Shown here one piece after another: positions 21,032 to 32,915 of a DNA stretch of 64,000 nt; position 1 is the first letter of the stretch; every line of letters starts with the position of its first letter. The notes beneath the pieces were generated by a model, which worked only from the letters and a program-made list of their open reading frames with translations, made no database searches and was not told the DNA's origin. Made by a program: the position numbers and the translations under genes. Origin of the DNA: an uncultured bacterium (GTDB lineage: Bacteria; Pseudomonadota; Gammaproteobacteria; Enterobacterales; Pasteurellaceae); the NCBI GenBank assembly GCA_905214375.1, contig CAJMMG010000002.1, positions 39,299 to 103,298 on the forward strand, written 5' to 3'.

Positions 21032-21967
21032 CTATGCCCAGAAATAACGCACCACATGGAAGAAAATAGGTGCGGAGAAACAAAGTGAATCCATTCGATC
21101 TAAAATACCACCATGGCCACTGATCATATTCCCCCAGTCTTTCACACCCATACTGCGTTTCATTGCCGACATCACGAGTCCACCTAAGAATCCCATTAAG
21201 CAAATTAACAGACTCATTAAAAAGGCTTGCCATGCATAAAATGGTGTCATCCAATGAAGTAGCATACCTAATAAACTTGCGCTTAATACCCCACCAACAA
21301 AACCTTCTACCGTTTTGGATGGTGACAAGGTTGGCGCAATTTTATGTTTACCGAAGAGTTTACCCCAAACGTATTGCAATACATCACTTGACTGTACTAC
21401 CAAGATTAAGAAGATCATTAATAAAAGATTTTTTCCTTCATAACCTGAGATATCAAGTGTCAATAAAGCGGGGATATGTGAAATACAGAATACGCTAATC
21501 ATCAATGCCCACTGAATTTTCGTAGAACGATCTAAGAAATTCGCTGGGTCACCCAGTAATGCTGAAAGAATCGGTAAAAATAAGAAGCCATATACGGGAA
21601 TAAAGATAGTAAACATACTAAACCAATCAATGGCGACTAAAAAATATTGCAATGGCAAGATCACATAAAAACAGGCGGCGAGTGCAAGATGATCGCCTCG
21701 ACGAATATTTAATAGAGAAAGAAACTCACGCAATCCCATAAATGAAATAATCAAAAAGAGCACAATCACGCCATAAAAGCCTAATAAGCTCGCAATAAAG
21801 ATAATCCCAATCATCACCCACCAAGCATTGATGCGTGCATTCAGGTTATCAATAACGCTATTCGGTGTATCCACACCCGATCTGCGTTTTAAAATATATC
21901 CCACTGAGGAAGCAAAAATTAAGGCGATAAATAAACCACCGAAGAGTTGCCATATTTCTGTCATCAT
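21032..21967 (-). CDS. Phosphatidate cytidylyltransferase paralogue (YnbB-like)
   Basis: SPSKTVEG and KRSMGVKDWG...GHGGILDRMDS (CTP_transf_1 motifs). Confidence 0.9.
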   Translation of the reverse strand: MMTEIWQLFGGLFIALIFASSVGYILKRRSGVDTPNSVIDNLNARINAWWVMIGIIFIASLLGFYGVIVLFLIISFMGLREFLSLLNIRRGDHLALAACFYVILPLQYFLVAIDWFSMFTIFIPVYGFLFLPILSALLGDPANFLDRSTKIQWALMISVFCISHIPALLTLDISGYEGKNLLLMIFLILVVQSSDVLQYVWGKLFGKHKIAPTLSPSKTVEGFVGGVLSASLLGMLLHWMTPFYAWQAFLMSLLICLMGFLGGLVMSAMKRSMGVKDWGNMISGHGGILDRMDSLCFSAPIFFHVVRYFWA

Positions 21968-21973
21968 TTGCTC

Positions 21974-22606
21974 CTAAGATTTGCCTTTTTCACTAACGTT
22001 TAAACTTAATAATGCCAATTGAGCACGTGTCAGAAAAACCTCTTTAGTTTCATCAGTCCCAATCTTTAATGGCTCACCTACATAAAGATCACATAACAAT
22101 GGTATCGGTAAAATAAAGCCTTTTGGTAAAACATTATTCATATTGCTAATCCAAACGGGCACAAATTCACAATCAGGATTTTCTTTTGCTAAATAAAACA
22201 ATCCGCTTTTAAATGGTTGAAGCGGCAAATCATCATCCATCTTACGAGTTCCTTCAGGGAAAATAATCAGGGAGTCATTGGCTAATGCTTCACTCATTTG
22301 TCGTATGGCAGCTTTTGGATCTTGACTATTACGTTCAATCAGTAACATATTAAACACTTTATAGGCTAAAAAGCGACGAATTGCGCCTTTCGTCCAATAA
22401 TCTTTGCCTGCAACAGGTCGAGTTTGTTTTCTCACTTCATAAGGCAATGAAATCCAAAGTAAGATAAAATCCCCATGACTATTATGATTGGCAAAATAGA
22501 CACGATGCCCTTCTGAAGATTGTTCGGCAATTGCGGCTTGTGGTCGAACGCCTGTAATAAAAGAAGCAAAACGACACAATAAAAAATCGATTAATCTCGC
22601 AAACAT
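21974..22606 (-). CDS. Lysophospholipid acyltransferase (PlsC-like)
   Basis: NHNSHGD (HxxxxD) and FPEGTR. Confidence 0.9.
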   Translation of the reverse strand: MFARLIDFLLCRFASFITGVRPQAAIAEQSSEGHRVYFANHNSHGDFILLWISLPYEVRKQTRPVAGKDYWTKGAIRRFLAYKVFNMLLIERNSQDPKAAIRQMSEALANDSLIIFPEGTRKMDDDLPLQPFKSGLFYLAKENPDCEFVPVWISNMNNVLPKGFILPIPLLCDLYVGEPLKIGTDETKEVFLTRAQLALLSLNVSEKGKS

Positions 22607-22617
22607 ATTTGCTCCTA

Positions 22618-23223
22618 TTATTCCGTCACTTCGGCTAAACCATTTTTTACTCGCTTAATACAAGTCACAATGAGCAAGATAATGACGATATTGGCTACCC
22701 ACCAGAAAAGTGAATGCAAGCTACCATTCACTGCATAAAGTAAACCGATCACACCAAATACGAATGCACGATCACTTTTACCCATTGGGCCATCATAGCG
22801 ACGCGTTTTGCCTTGAACTTGCCCTAAAATGCCGCATAACTCACTCAACGCGGCAAGCCAAATAATACATGAGATTTGAATACCATCAAAAGGCGCGACA
22901 AAAGCAAAAGGAAGGTAAAGTGCTGCATCAGAGACTACATCAGTAATTTCATTAAGATACCCCCCTAATCGACTTTTTTGATTGAATTCACGTGCTAACA
23001 TGCCATCAACAGCATTCAGCGCCATACGCAAAAACAACCAAATAGGAATAAGGAAAAAAAGAGTGGAAAATGTCGGGAATAGTGCGAGAACCACACCTAA
23101 TAAAATTGAAAGTAAGCAAGCAATTAGCGTAACTTGATTTGCTGTTACGCCTTTTGCTGCTAATTGCCTAACTAAAGGCCGAAGTAAATTCTGAAATTTG
23201 GGTTTTAAGGCATAGATACTCAT
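22618..23223 (-). CDS. CDP-alcohol phosphatidyltransferase family (YnbA-like)
   Basis: NAVDGMLAR...GGYLNEITDVVSD variant CDP-alcohol motif; N-terminus MSIYALKPKFQNLLRP. Confidence 0.88.
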   Translation of the reverse strand: MSIYALKPKFQNLLRPLVRQLAAKGVTANQVTLIACLLSILLGVVLALFPTFSTLFFLIPIWLFLRMALNAVDGMLAREFNQKSRLGGYLNEITDVVSDAALYLPFAFVAPFDGIQISCIIWLAALSELCGILGQVQGKTRRYDGPMGKSDRAFVFGVIGLLYAVNGSLHSLFWWVANIVIILLIVTCIKRVKNGLAEVTE

Positions 23224-23267
23224 CTACCATCTCCTTGTTTTTATTAGTAAACATAAAAATTTCGCTA

Positions 23268-23296
23268 ATAATAGAATAGTATAGAGTATTACTCAA
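23268..23296 (-). promoter_or_regulatory. Candidate sigma70 promoter for the lipid cassette
   Basis: Minus strand TTGAGT-17 bp-TATTAT, followed by an AAGGAG SD. Confidence 0.5.
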
Positions 23297-23300
23297 GTTT

Positions 23301-24215
23301 TTATTCATCCATATAACCTAGACTTCTTAAGGCGCGTTCATCGTCTGCCCAACCAGACTTCACTTTAACCCAAAGTTCAAGGTGTACTTTATTATCAAAT
23401 AAGCGTTCCATATCAGCGCGAGCTTCCATACCAATGGTTTTAATTTTTTGCCCTTGAGCCCCAATCACCATTTTCTTTTGACCTTCGCGCTCAACTAAAA
23501 TCAAGCCATTGATTTCATAAGTACCACGCTCATTTACTTTAAATTGTTCAATTTCAACTGTTACCGAATAAGGTAGCTCTTCCCCTGTGAAACGCATTAA
23601 TTTTTCACGGATAATTTCTGACGCCATAAAGCGCTGTGAACGATCCGTTACATAATCTTCAGGGAAGTGATGAACACCTTTACGTAATGATTGACGAACA
23701 ATTTTCTCTAATTGATGGACATTATTACCTCGTTGCGCAGATATCGGCACAATATGAGCAAAGTTAAACTTACTGCCTAAATCTGTAATAAATGGCAATA
23801 AATCATCTTTATTCTTGATGTTATCAACTTTGTTGATGGCGAGTACGACAGGCGCTTTGGCATTACGTAATTTGTTTAACACCATTTCATCATCGGCATT
23901 CCAATGTGTACCATCCACAACAAAAATAATGAGATCCACATCCCCGATTGCCGAGCTTGCAGCACGGTTCATTAAACGATTAATCGCGCGTTTTTCTTCA
24001 ATATGAAGTCCTGGCGTATCTACATAAATTTCTTGGTAGATGCCTTCCGTTTTAATTCCCACAATACGGTGACGCGTGGTTTGCGCCTTGCGGGAAGTAA
24101 TCGAGATTTTTTGACCCAAAATTTTGTTTAACAGGGTGGATTTCCCTACATTTGGGCGGCCTACAATGGCAATAAAACCACAATAGGTCTCTTGTTCTTG
24201 ATTTAATTCGGTCAT
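23301..24215 (-). CDS. era: GTPase Era
   Basis: [18 protein letters not shown] domain. Confidence 0.98.
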   Translation of the reverse strand: MTELNQEQETYCGFIAIVGRPNVGKSTLLNKILGQKISITSRKAQTTRHRIVGIKTEGIYQEIYVDTPGLHIEEKRAINRLMNRAASSAIGDVDLIIFVVDGTHWNADDEMVLNKLRNAKAPVVLAINKVDNIKNKDDLLPFITDLGSKFNFAHIVPISAQRGNNVHQLEKIVRQSLRKGVHHFPEDYVTDRSQRFMASEIIREKLMRFTGEELPYSVTVEIEQFKVNERGTYEINGLILVEREGQKKMVIGAQGQKIKTIGMEARADMERLFDNKVHLELWVKVKSGWADDERALRSLGYMDE

Positions 24216-24895
24216 TTTATTTCCAATATTTTTAAAATTTGTTCTGCGACCGCTTGTTCTGCTTTACGGCGGCTAGAACCTTTTGCAATAAAAGTGCGGT
24301 CAATATTTGGTACGTTTTTTACCGTACATTCCACTGTGAAGGTTTGGCAATGTGCTTCACCTTCAATTTTTATTACTTCATAGGTTGGTAAAGCGAAATG
24401 CTTACCTTGTAAATACTCTTGTAAACGCGTTTTGGCATCTTTTTGGTTATCGCCTGGCTTAATTTCAGCCAATAAGGTTTTATACCAACTACGCACAATA
24501 TCTGCCGCTTTATCAAAGCTTGAATCCAATGCCATTGCGCCAATTACCGCTTCAACACAATCGGCCAAAATAGATTCGCGACGAAATCCCCCACTTTTCA
24601 ATTCACCTGAACCTAAGGACATATAATCTCCAAGCTCAAAATTACGGGCAATCATCGCCAGAGTTGGCTCTCGAACTAATGTTGCACGCATTCTGCTCAG
24701 TTCACCTTCATTACAACGAGGGAATTGATGATAAAGCGCATCAGCAATGACATAATTGAGAATAGAATCACCTAAAAATTCTAGGCGTTCATTATGTTGA
24801 GTGGAGGCACTGCGGTGTGTCAGTGCCAATTTTAAGTTTTTTAGATCGGAAAATTGATAACCAATTTTTCGTTCTAGTCGATCTAAATGGTTCAT
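24212..24895 (-). CDS. rnc: Ribonuclease III
   Basis: NERLEFLGD plus dsRBD. Confidence 0.98.
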   Translation of the reverse strand: MNHLDRLERKIGYQFSDLKNLKLALTHRSASTQHNERLEFLGDSILNYVIADALYHQFPRCNEGELSRMRATLVREPTLAMIARNFELGDYMSLGSGELKSGGFRRESILADCVEAVIGAMALDSSFDKAADIVRSWYKTLLAEIKPGDNQKDAKTRLQEYLQGKHFALPTYEVIKIEGEAHCQTFTVECTVKNVPNIDRTFIAKGSSRRKAEQAVAEQILKILEIK

Positions 24896-24896
24896 A

Positions 24897-25946
24897 TTAA
24901 TTAATTTTTGTAAAGAAACGGTCTAAACGGAAGCCTGTAGGCCACTCATTTGGTTCTTTTTCTAAACTCATCCAAATATAAGTGGCTTTACCCACAATAT
25001 TTTTTTCCGGTACAAATCCCCAAAAACGGCTATCATCACTATGATCACGGTTATCCCCCATCACAAAATATTGCCCTTCTGGCACAATCCATTCTGCAGT
25101 AGGTAAGCCTTCCTGTGGATAGAATTCAATACCCGAATAACGGCGCATTGGTTCCACTAAAATCGTGTGTGTCACGTCACCGATTTCCAAATATTCGATT
25201 TGCGTTGGGAATGCTGGATTTGTGGGTTCTTGTTTGTATTCAAACGCTTTAGTTTGGCAATCTACTTCACAAGGTTTGCCATCTTTACCATAAACCAGCG
25301 TTAAAGCACTTTTTTCAACATCAAGGATAATGCGGTCACCGCCTTTCCCTACAATACGTTTAATGTAATCTACACCAGACATATTGTTTTTAGATGTTAA
25401 TGCAAGATTTTCAGCATAAGCCGCTCGCGTTGCCCCTAAACTTGTACGAAGTAACGCTTGTTCCGGCGCTTTAAACACAATCACATCACCACGTTCTGGT
25501 TTGTTACCTTCAATAATCGTATTTTGGAAAATGGGGTCTTTAATACCATAAGTATATTTATTAACAACAAGAAAATCCCCTACGCGCAACGTTGCTTCCA
25601 TTGATCCTGATGGAATTTGAAATGGCTCAAAAATAAATGAACGTACAAGGAATACCACGGATAACACAGGGAAAAGCGAAGAAATAAATTCTGAACCTTC
25701 TGAAATTGGCTCAATTTTCGCTTTTTCTTCATCCGTTAATGCTTTGCCTGAGCGTTGTTCTGCACGTGCGATTTGACGACGACGTCTCGGCATCACAGCA
25801 AAGCGGTGATAACACCATAAAATGCCGGAAAGTGCGGTCAAAATCAGCAACAAAATACTGAATGTGTTAGGCAGTTGGAAATAATCTAACGCTTTCCAAC
25901 CGGCAAAGCCTACGGCTAACAACAGAATAAAAAATACATTCGACAT
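24897..25946 (-). CDS. lepB: Signal peptidase I
   Basis: [22 protein letters not shown]. Confidence 0.97.
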   Translation of the reverse strand: MSNVFFILLLAVGFAGWKALDYFQLPNTFSILLLILTALSGILWCYHRFAVMPRRRRQIARAEQRSGKALTDEEKAKIEPISEGSEFISSLFPVLSVVFLVRSFIFEPFQIPSGSMEATLRVGDFLVVNKYTYGIKDPIFQNTIIEGNKPERGDVIVFKAPEQALLRTSLGATRAAYAENLALTSKNNMSGVDYIKRIVGKGGDRIILDVEKSALTLVYGKDGKPCEVDCQTKAFEYKQEPTNPAFPTQIEYLEIGDVTHTILVEPMRRYSGIEFYPQEGLPTAEWIVPEGQYFVMGDNRDHSDDSRFWGFVPEKNIVGKATYIWMSLEKEPNEWPTGFRLDRFFTKIN

Positions 25947-25958
25947 TGCTCTACTTTC

Positions 25959-27755
25959 CTATTTATCTTTACCTACATGTAAGATCGCTAAAAACGCTTC
26001 TTGCGGTACTTCCACGTTACCTAAAGATTTCATTCGTTTTTTACCTTCTTTCTGTTTCTGTAAGAGTTTTTTCTTACGGCTCACGTCACCACCATAACAT
26101 TTTGCTAATACGTTTTTACGCAATTGTTTTACGGTTGAACGCGCAATAATGTGGTTACCAATCGCGGCTTGGATCGCGATATCAAATTGTTGACGAGGAA
26201 TCAGCTCACGCATTTTTTCAACTAACTCACGACCACGATAAGGCGCATTATCTTTATGAACAATTAACGCTAACGCATCAACACGATCACCGTTGATCAT
26301 GATATCCACGCGCACCATGTCCGCCGCTTGGAAACGTTTGAAACCATAATCCAAAGAGGCATAACCACGCGATGTTGATTTCAAGCGGTCGAAGAAATCT
26401 AATACTACTTCGCCCATTGGAATTTCATAAGTTAACGCAATTTGGTTACCGTGATACACCATATTGGTTTGTACACCACGTTTTTCCACACAAAGGGTGA
26501 TGACATTTCCTAAGAATTCTTGTGGCACAAGCATATTACACTCTGCAATTGGCTCACGAATTTCCGCAATATTATTTAATGGTGGCAGTTTTGATGGACT
26601 ATCCACATAAACCACTTCACCATTGGTCATTTCGACTTCATAAATTACAGTTGGTGCGGTGGTAATCAAATCAAGATCATATTCACGCTCTAAACGCTCT
26701 TGAATGATCTCCATGTGTAAAAGCCCTAAGAAACCACAACGGAAACCAAAACCTAAAGCGGTTGAATTCTCTGGTTCATAGAAAAGTGATGCATCGTTTA
26801 GGCTTAATTTACCCAACGCATCACGGAAAGCTTCATAATCGTCAGAGCTAACTGGGAATAAACCAGCATAAACCTGCGGTTTTACTTTCTTAAAGCCTGG
26901 CAATACATGGCTTGCTGGATTGTGTTGATGGGTTAAGGTATCCCCTACTGGCGCACCTAAAATATCTTTAATCGCACAAACAACCCAACCCACTTCACCG
27001 GTATTTAATACGGTCGTATCCACTTGTTTGGGTGTAAAAATCCCTAAACGATCAACGTTGTAAGCCTGTCCAGTAGACATTACTTTGATTTTATCGCCTT
27101 TACGCAATACGCCATTTTTAATACGAACTAATGACACCACGCCTAAATAGTTATCGAACCAAGAGTCAATAATCAATGCTTGTAACGGTGCATCAGGATC
27201 ACCTTCTGGCGCGGGAATCTTTGCAACAATTTCTTCTAATACATCTTCGATACCCACACCGGTTTTAGCTGAACAACGTACCGCTTCCATCGCATCAATA
27301 CCGACGATATCTTCAATTTCTTCGGCTACACGTTCAGGATCCGCTGCCGGTAAGTCGATTTTATTTAAAATCGGCACGACTTCTAAATCCATTTCAATGG
27401 CGGTATAGCAGTTTGCCAAGGTTTGTGCTTCTACACCTTGTCCTGCATCCACAACTAACAATGCCCCTTCACAAGCCGCAAGAGAACGTGATACTTCATA
27501 AGAGAAGTCCACGTGTCCTGGTGTATCGATAAAGTTTAATTGGTATGTTTCACCGTCTTTGGCTTGATAATTTAAGGTTACGCTCTGCGCTTTAATGGTA
27601 ATACCGCGCTCACGCTCAAGATCCATGGAATCCAACACTTGCGCTTCCATTTCACGATCCGAAAGGCCTCCACAGGTCTGAATTAATCGGTCAGAAAGGG
27701 TCGATTTACCATGGTCAATATGGGCAATAATAGAAAAGTTGCGAATATTCTTCAT
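25959..27755 (-). CDS. lepA: Elongation factor 4 (LepA)
   Basis: [26 protein letters not shown]. Confidence 0.98.
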   Translation of the reverse strand: MKNIRNFSIIAHIDHGKSTLSDRLIQTCGGLSDREMEAQVLDSMDLERERGITIKAQSVTLNYQAKDGETYQLNFIDTPGHVDFSYEVSRSLAACEGALLVVDAGQGVEAQTLANCYTAIEMDLEVVPILNKIDLPAADPERVAEEIEDIVGIDAMEAVRCSAKTGVGIEDVLEEIVAKIPAPEGDPDAPLQALIIDSWFDNYLGVVSLVRIKNGVLRKGDKIKVMSTGQAYNVDRLGIFTPKQVDTTVLNTGEVGWVVCAIKDILGAPVGDTLTHQHNPASHVLPGFKKVKPQVYAGLFPVSSDDYEAFRDALGKLSLNDASLFYEPENSTALGFGFRCGFLGLLHMEIIQERLEREYDLDLITTAPTVIYEVEMTNGEVVYVDSPSKLPPLNNIAEIREPIAECNMLVPQEFLGNVITLCVEKRGVQTNMVYHGNQIALTYEIPMGEVVLDFFDRLKSTSRGYASLDYGFKRFQAADMVRVDIMINGDRVDALALIVHKDNAPYRGRELVEKMRELIPRQQFDIAIQAAIGNHIIARSTVKQLRKNVLAKCYGGDVSRKKKLLQKQKEGKKRMKSLGNVEVPQEAFLAILHVGKDK

Positions 27756-27877
27756 AAATAGATTAGTTTTCTCAAAAATCATTAAATTTAACTGGCGGAT
27801 TGTACCTGAAAAGCACGGAAATCGCTAGGGATGAAAGGGAAAAGTGCGGTCAAATTTTCAAACCTTTTAGATAAAAC

Positions 27878-27903
27878 AAAACCCCGAATTACTTCGGGGT
27901 TTC
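27878..27903 (-). terminator. Terminator after grcA
   Basis: aaaaccccgaa-ttac-ttcggggtttt. Confidence 0.8.
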
Positions 27904-27923
27904 TTTTTTCATTCAAACTGAAA

Positions 27924-28307
27924 TTATAGGCTTTCAGTGAAAGTACGAGTAATAACGTCGCGTTGTTGTTCTGGCGTTAAAGAGTTGAAACGTACTGCGT
28001 AACCAGAAACACGGATAGTTAATTGAGGGTATTTATCCGGGTTGTTTACTGCGTCTTCTAAAGTTTCACGACGTAATACGTTTACGTTTAAGTGTTGACC
28101 ACCTTCAACTTTAACAGTTGGTGCTACGTTTACCGGTAATTCACGGTATTCGATTTGGCCTAATTCGCTCACTGCTACTACTTGGTCTTCTGCGAATTCA
28201 GCTTTTGCACATAAACAACGAGCTTCATTTTTTTCGCTGTCTAATAACCAGAATGAGTTTAAAAGATTGTCATTTGCTGCTTGAGTAATTTGAATACCTT
28301 TGATCAT
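27924..28307 (-). CDS. grcA: Autonomous glycyl radical cofactor GrcA (YfiD)
   Basis: 127 aa; [11 protein letters not shown]. Confidence 0.97.
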   Translation of the reverse strand: MIKGIQITQAANDNLLNSFWLLDSEKNEARCLCAKAEFAEDQVVAVSELGQIEYRELPVNVAPTVKVEGGQHLNVNVLRRETLEDAVNNPDKYPQLTIRVSGYAVRFNSLTPEQQRDVITRTFTESL

Positions 28308-28429
28308 AAAGTGCCTCCTAATTTGGCAGTTGTATATTTATTAAACTGTGCAAATTTTATCAAACTATTTGAAGAATTCAATTAATTTTGACCTAAAACA
28401 GGTTATTTTTTCTGACTAATTTTTAAAAA

Positions 28430-28443
28430 TTGATCTAGATTAA
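28430..28443. promoter_or_regulatory. FNR site upstream of grcA
   Basis: TTGAT-CTAG-ATTAA, 1 mismatch; a possible ArcA-type TTAACA direct repeat lies at 28482-28498. Confidence 0.65.
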
Positions 28444-28572
28444 AGTTTTTGTTACGTAAAGGCCTCAATTCTTGCCGAAGATTAACAAAATGTTAACATA
28501 ACTCGCAGGTAAAGCCTTTCTAAGTAATTTCATTTATAATATGTCCAAGCTTATCCAATAAGGAAATACAGA

Positions 28573-29232
28573 ATGAAAACTTGGACAGATGTTATCGGTC
28601 AAGAGAAAGAAAAACCTTACTTTAAACACATTCTACAACAAGTGCATCAAGAGCGACTTGCCGGAAAAACCATTTACCCACCACAAGACGAAGTGTTTAA
28701 TGCCTTTAAATATACAGCATTTGATGAGGTGAAAGTCGTCATTTTAGGACAGGATCCCTACCATGGCCCAAATCAAGCGCACGGCTTAGCTTTTTCGGTA
28801 AAACCTAAGGTTGCTATTCCCCCTTCTCTCCTGAATATGTATAAAGAATTGGCTAACGATATTCCTGGTTTTCAAATGCCAAATCATGGCTACTTAGTGA
28901 AATGGGCTGAGCAAGGTGTACTGTTGCTTAACACCGTGCTAACTGTAGAGCGCGGCATGGCACATTCACACGCTAAATTTGGTTGGGAAATCTTTACGGA
29001 CCAAGTAATTGCAGCACTCAATGAACACCGTGAAAAAGTAGTATTTTTACTTTGGGGAAGCCATGCGCAGAAAAAAGGGCAATTTATTGATCGCAATCGT
29101 CATTATGTTTTAACTGCCCCGCACCCTTCCCCTCTTTCAGCACATCGTGGTTTTCTAGGATGTCATCATTTTTCTAAAACTAACGAATACTTAAAGCAAA
29201 ATGGTTTAACTGAAATTAATTGGCAAGTTTAA
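28573..29232 (+). CDS. ung: Uracil-DNA glycosylase
   Basis: GQDPYH, HPSPLS. Confidence 0.98.
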   Translation: MKTWTDVIGQEKEKPYFKHILQQVHQERLAGKTIYPPQDEVFNAFKYTAFDEVKVVILGQDPYHGPNQAHGLAFSVKPKVAIPPSLLNMYKELANDIPGFQMPNHGYLVKWAEQGVLLLNTVLTVERGMAHSHAKFGWEIFTDQVIAALNEHREKVVFLLWGSHAQKKGQFIDRNRHYVLTAPHPSPLSAHRGFLGCHHFSKTNEYLKQNGLTEINWQV

Positions 29233-29747
29233 GATTGTGGCTTAACATCAAGCGGGAGATTCTTTTCCCGCTTTTCTTCTTTTTTCTGCTCTCGTCTCTT
29301 TTTAAAAAAATCACTCAATTTCTGACCGCACTTTTCTGCGAGCACGCCAGTGGTAATTTCTAATGTATGATTCATTTTATAATCATCAAAGAAGTGAAAG
29401 CGAGAACCTACAGCCCCCGTTTTATAATCTGATGCACCGAAGACTAAACGTTTAATTCGACTATGCAAAATCGCGCCCGCACACATAGTACAAGGCTCAA
29501 GGGTGACATAGAGTGTGGTATTGAGCAGACGATAATTTTGAATATTTTGTGCGGCGTTACGCAATGCGACAATTTCAGCATGAGCGGTCGGATCATTTTC
29601 AATGATAGATAAATTCCAGCCTTCACCGAGAATATTTCCTTCATCACCCACCAACACCGCCCCGACAGGAATCTCACCGAGCGCTTCTGCACGATCGGCA
29701 AGCATCAGGGCGTGTTGCATAAATTTCTCGTCTAAATCTGACCGCAC
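29229..29747 (-). CDS. tadA: tRNA adenosine(34) deaminase
   Basis: HAE...EPCTMC; start uncertain (GTG 29747 or ATG 29720). Confidence 0.95.
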   Translation of the reverse strand: MRSDLDEKFMQHALMLADRAEALGEIPVGAVLVGDEGNILGEGWNLSIIENDPTAHAEIVALRNAAQNIQNYRLLNTTLYVTLEPCTMCAGAILHSRIKRLVFGASDYKTGAVGSRFHFFDDYKMNHTLEITTGVLAEKCGQKLSDFFKKRREQKKEEKREKNLPLDVKPQS

Positions 29748-29756
29748 TTTGAATGC

Positions 29757-30608
29757 CTAAACTGAGAAAGGATACTTGATCGGTTCGTGAGATTGATAAC
29801 CCACCACCTTGAAATCATCCATCGTTACCCAAGTTTCAAGATCTTCAAGGGTTTTAATATCAGGATTAATTTCTAATTGTGGTGAAGGGAATGGTTCACG
29901 TTTTAATTGCACATCACGCATTAACTCAAGTTGGTCTTCATAAATATGCGCATTTACAATTTTATGATATGCCTTACCTGGTTTATTGCCGGTAATTTGC
30001 GCCATCAAAGCAAGAAAAGTAAAGACCTGAATTTGATTGAAGTTTAAGCCAAGTGGTACATCACAAGAGCGTTGGTAGCTCGTTAAGTGCAATGTATCAC
30101 CTACTAAAGAGAAAGTATGTGTGTGCATGCAAGGACGCAAACAGCCTAGGTCAAATTCGCCTGGATTGAAGAAAGTCAGGATTTCACCACGGTCATCGAT
30201 ACCTCGGCTTAAATTATTCACAATTTTACGAAGTTGATCGATGGTTTCGCCATTCGGTTTACGCCATGCTCTGCCTTGTACGCCATAAACGCGGCCCATA
30301 TCATCGGTGCCTTTACGATGTGGATTGGCAAGCCATGCTGCATTTTCATTGGCATTTGCATCCCACGTTTTGGTGCCAAGCTTACGGAAATCTGCCGCAT
30401 TATCATAACCACGAATATAACCTAAAAACTCCGCAATCGCTGCTTTCCAATAGCTTTTACGAGTGGTAATTAAGGGGAATTGATTATTGGCAACATCATA
30501 TTCTAAATCCGCATTAATCACCGTCAGGCAACGCTTGCCAGTACGCTCGTTAGCAACCCACTCACCTTCATTTACAATGCGTCGGCAAAGATCTAAATAT
30601 TGTTTCAT
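29757..30608 (-). CDS. thyA: Thymidylate synthase
   Basis: MKQYL..., LRPCMH, YQRSCD. Confidence 0.97.
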   Translation of the reverse strand: MKQYLDLCRRIVNEGEWVANERTGKRCLTVINADLEYDVANNQFPLITTRKSYWKAAIAEFLGYIRGYDNAADFRKLGTKTWDANANENAAWLANPHRKGTDDMGRVYGVQGRAWRKPNGETIDQLRKIVNNLSRGIDDRGEILTFFNPGEFDLGCLRPCMHTHTFSLVGDTLHLTSYQRSCDVPLGLNFNQIQVFTFLALMAQITGNKPGKAYHKIVNAHIYEDQLELMRDVQLKREPFPSPQLEINPDIKTLEDLETWVTMDDFKVVGYQSHEPIKYPFSV

Positions 30609-30618
30609 AAAAAACTCC

Positions 30619-31428
30619 TTAGTGGTGAACCGCACTTTTCGAGCGATTGTATGCCCATGCCATAATTAATCCACCGCCAATAATCATCGGCAAACAAAGG
30701 GCTTGTCCACGTGTCATGATGCCTAAGAAAGATTCCACTTCTGGCTCACGGACATATTCAACAATAAAACGGAAAAGACCGTAACAAACCAGGAATAATC
30801 CAGCTACTGAACCCACAGGACGAGACTTTTTAATAAAGACATTCAGAATAATAAACAATACAAAACCTTCTAAGAATGCCTCATAAAGCTGTGAAGGATG
30901 GCGAGGTAATAACAATGGATCATTTGGGAAAATCATGGCCCAAGGCACATCGGTTTCTCGTCCCCAAAGTTCTAAATTGATGAAGTTACCAATTCGTCCT
31001 ATCCCTAAACCAAATGGAATCAAGGGCGCCACAAAATCTGCCGTTTGCCAAAAGCTTCTTTTTTGAGAATAAGAGGTCCAAATCATTGAGATAATCACCC
31101 CAATTAATCCACCATGGAATGACATTCCTCCTTCCCAAACACGGAATAAATACAGCGGATCTTGCACAAAATGATCAAAATTATAGAAGAATACATCGCC
31201 AATGCGTCCACCTAAGAATACGCCCATAAAGCCATTAAAAAGTAACGTATCCACTTGATCGACGGTCCAACCACTATTCGGTTGATTTGCGCGACGAACA
31301 GCTAACCAACGAGCAAAGATAAAGCCTAATAAATACATTAAGCCATACCAACGCAGCCCAATATTGCTGTCACCAAAAGTGAAAATAGTCGGATCAAAAT
31401 GTGGAAGCATCAAAAATTCTGAATTCAT
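30619..31428 (-). CDS. lgt: Prolipoprotein diacylglyceryl transferase
   Basis: [24 protein letters not shown]. Confidence 0.97.
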   Translation of the reverse strand: MNSEFLMLPHFDPTIFTFGDSNIGLRWYGLMYLLGFIFARWLAVRRANQPNSGWTVDQVDTLLFNGFMGVFLGGRIGDVFFYNFDHFVQDPLYLFRVWEGGMSFHGGLIGVIISMIWTSYSQKRSFWQTADFVAPLIPFGLGIGRIGNFINLELWGRETDVPWAMIFPNDPLLLPRHPSQLYEAFLEGFVLFIILNVFIKKSRPVGSVAGLFLVCYGLFRFIVEYVREPEVESFLGIMTRGQALCLPMIIGGGLIMAWAYNRSKSAVHH

Positions 31429-31436
31429 AACATTCC

Positions 31437-32231
31437 TTATTTCATAAACATATCAACTGCGATTGCAATTAATAGCAAGGCAAAGCCTTTTTTCAAGGTT
31501 GATACAGGGAGTTTTGAGGTCGCTGTTGCCCCTAATTTAGAAGTGAAAAATGAGGAGGCCGTAATACCGAGCACTGCGGGTAAATAAATATAACCTAAGG
31601 AATAATCCGGCATGGAAGGGTTGCCCCAACCGCTCACCATAAAGCTTAACATGCCAGATAAACCAAGAAGCGCGCCACAGAACGAAGATGAACCGATAGA
31701 TTTTTTCATATCGATACCGCGAGAGTTTAAAAATGGTACGATAAAACCACCGCCGCCAATGCCTGCTGCACTTGATGCCATACCAATCAAGATACCGCCA
31801 ATAACGGAAGATAGTGTTGTTAAAGGCTTAGCATTTACTGTGTTTTTCTTAATAGAAATGACCATTTTTGCTGCTAAATAAACAACTAAACAAGCAAAGA
31901 TTTTAGCGGATACATCACGATCGAGTTTGCCTATAAATAAACCTGAGATAAATACCGTAATCATCATCACCGGCGCGAGTACTTTCACTGCACTCCACAC
32001 AATGTTGCCCAGTTTATGATGGCGTTGTGCGGAAGAAAATCCGGTAATCACAATGGTGGCAAATGAAGTTCCTAATGCCGTGGACATCAGCAAGGGTTCA
32101 GGCACGCCTACCATCGGCAATAAATAGACTAAAGTTGGGACGATAATTAACCCACCACCTATACCAAATAATCCCGCAAGAAAACCAACAACAGACCCAA
32201 CAAGCAAACAAAGCAGAATAAAAGTGAGCAT
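31437..32231 (-). CDS. TauE/SafE (TSUP) family membrane protein
   Basis: Duplicated GIGGG motif; hydrophobic. Confidence 0.88.
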   Translation of the reverse strand: MLTFILLCLLVGSVVGFLAGLFGIGGGLIIVPTLVYLLPMVGVPEPLLMSTALGTSFATIVITGFSSAQRHHKLGNIVWSAVKVLAPVMMITVFISGLFIGKLDRDVSAKIFACLVVYLAAKMVISIKKNTVNAKPLTTLSSVIGGILIGMASSAAGIGGGGFIVPFLNSRGIDMKKSIGSSSFCGALLGLSGMLSFMVSGWGNPSMPDYSLGYIYLPAVLGITASSFFTSKLGATATSKLPVSTLKKGFALLLIAIAVDMFMK

Positions 32232-32824
32232 TATTGTCCCCTTGATTTATAAGATGAACGTTTTTGATATTTAGAAAAACCATTTTTACGCGGCGCATGA
32301 TAAGGTTTATTTGTCTCATGCTCTTGCGTATTTTCAAGCAATGTTTTTTCGTTGCCAAACATCACTTGAGCAAACTCTTTCATCGCTTTGCGATAAACAT
32401 CTTTCTTAAAGGACACAACCTGACGTACGGGATACCAAAAACTCACCCAACGCCAACCATCAAATTCGGGTGATTTTGTTGTATTCATATTAATATTTTT
32501 TTCATCACCCACTAATTGCAACAAAAACCAACGTTGTTTTTGCCCAATACACATGGGTTTGCTGTCATAACGCAGCAATCTTTTCGGCAGCTTATAACGC
32601 AACCAATGTTTAGAGGCATAAAGCACCTTCACATCTTTGGGTTGCAAGCCAACCTCTTCATATAATTCACGATACATGGCTTGTTCGGCACTTTCGTTAT
32701 CGTTAATTCCACCTTGCGGGAATTGCCACGAATTCTGCCCGTATCGTTTAGCCCAAAGCACCTGTCCTTTGCGATTACAAATGACAATGCCTACATTTGG
32801 ACGGTAGCCATCAAAATCGATCAC
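32231..32824 (-). CDS. rppH: RNA pyrophosphohydrolase
   Basis: [12 protein letters not shown]; Nudix box RELYEEVG. Confidence 0.97.
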   Translation of the reverse strand: MIDFDGYRPNVGIVICNRKGQVLWAKRYGQNSWQFPQGGINDNESAEQAMYRELYEEVGLQPKDVKVLYASKHWLRYKLPKRLLRYDSKPMCIGQKQRWFLLQLVGDEKNINMNTTKSPEFDGWRWVSFWYPVRQVVSFKKDVYRKAMKEFAQVMFGNEKTLLENTQEHETNKPYHAPRKNGFSKYQKRSSYKSRGQ

Positions 32825-32915
32825 TATCGTTCACCTTAAATTTTGTACAAAAATAATTTGCAGATTGTTTCATAAATTCGCTTTTTTATCAACCGAATGG
32901 GCATATTTACCCCAT

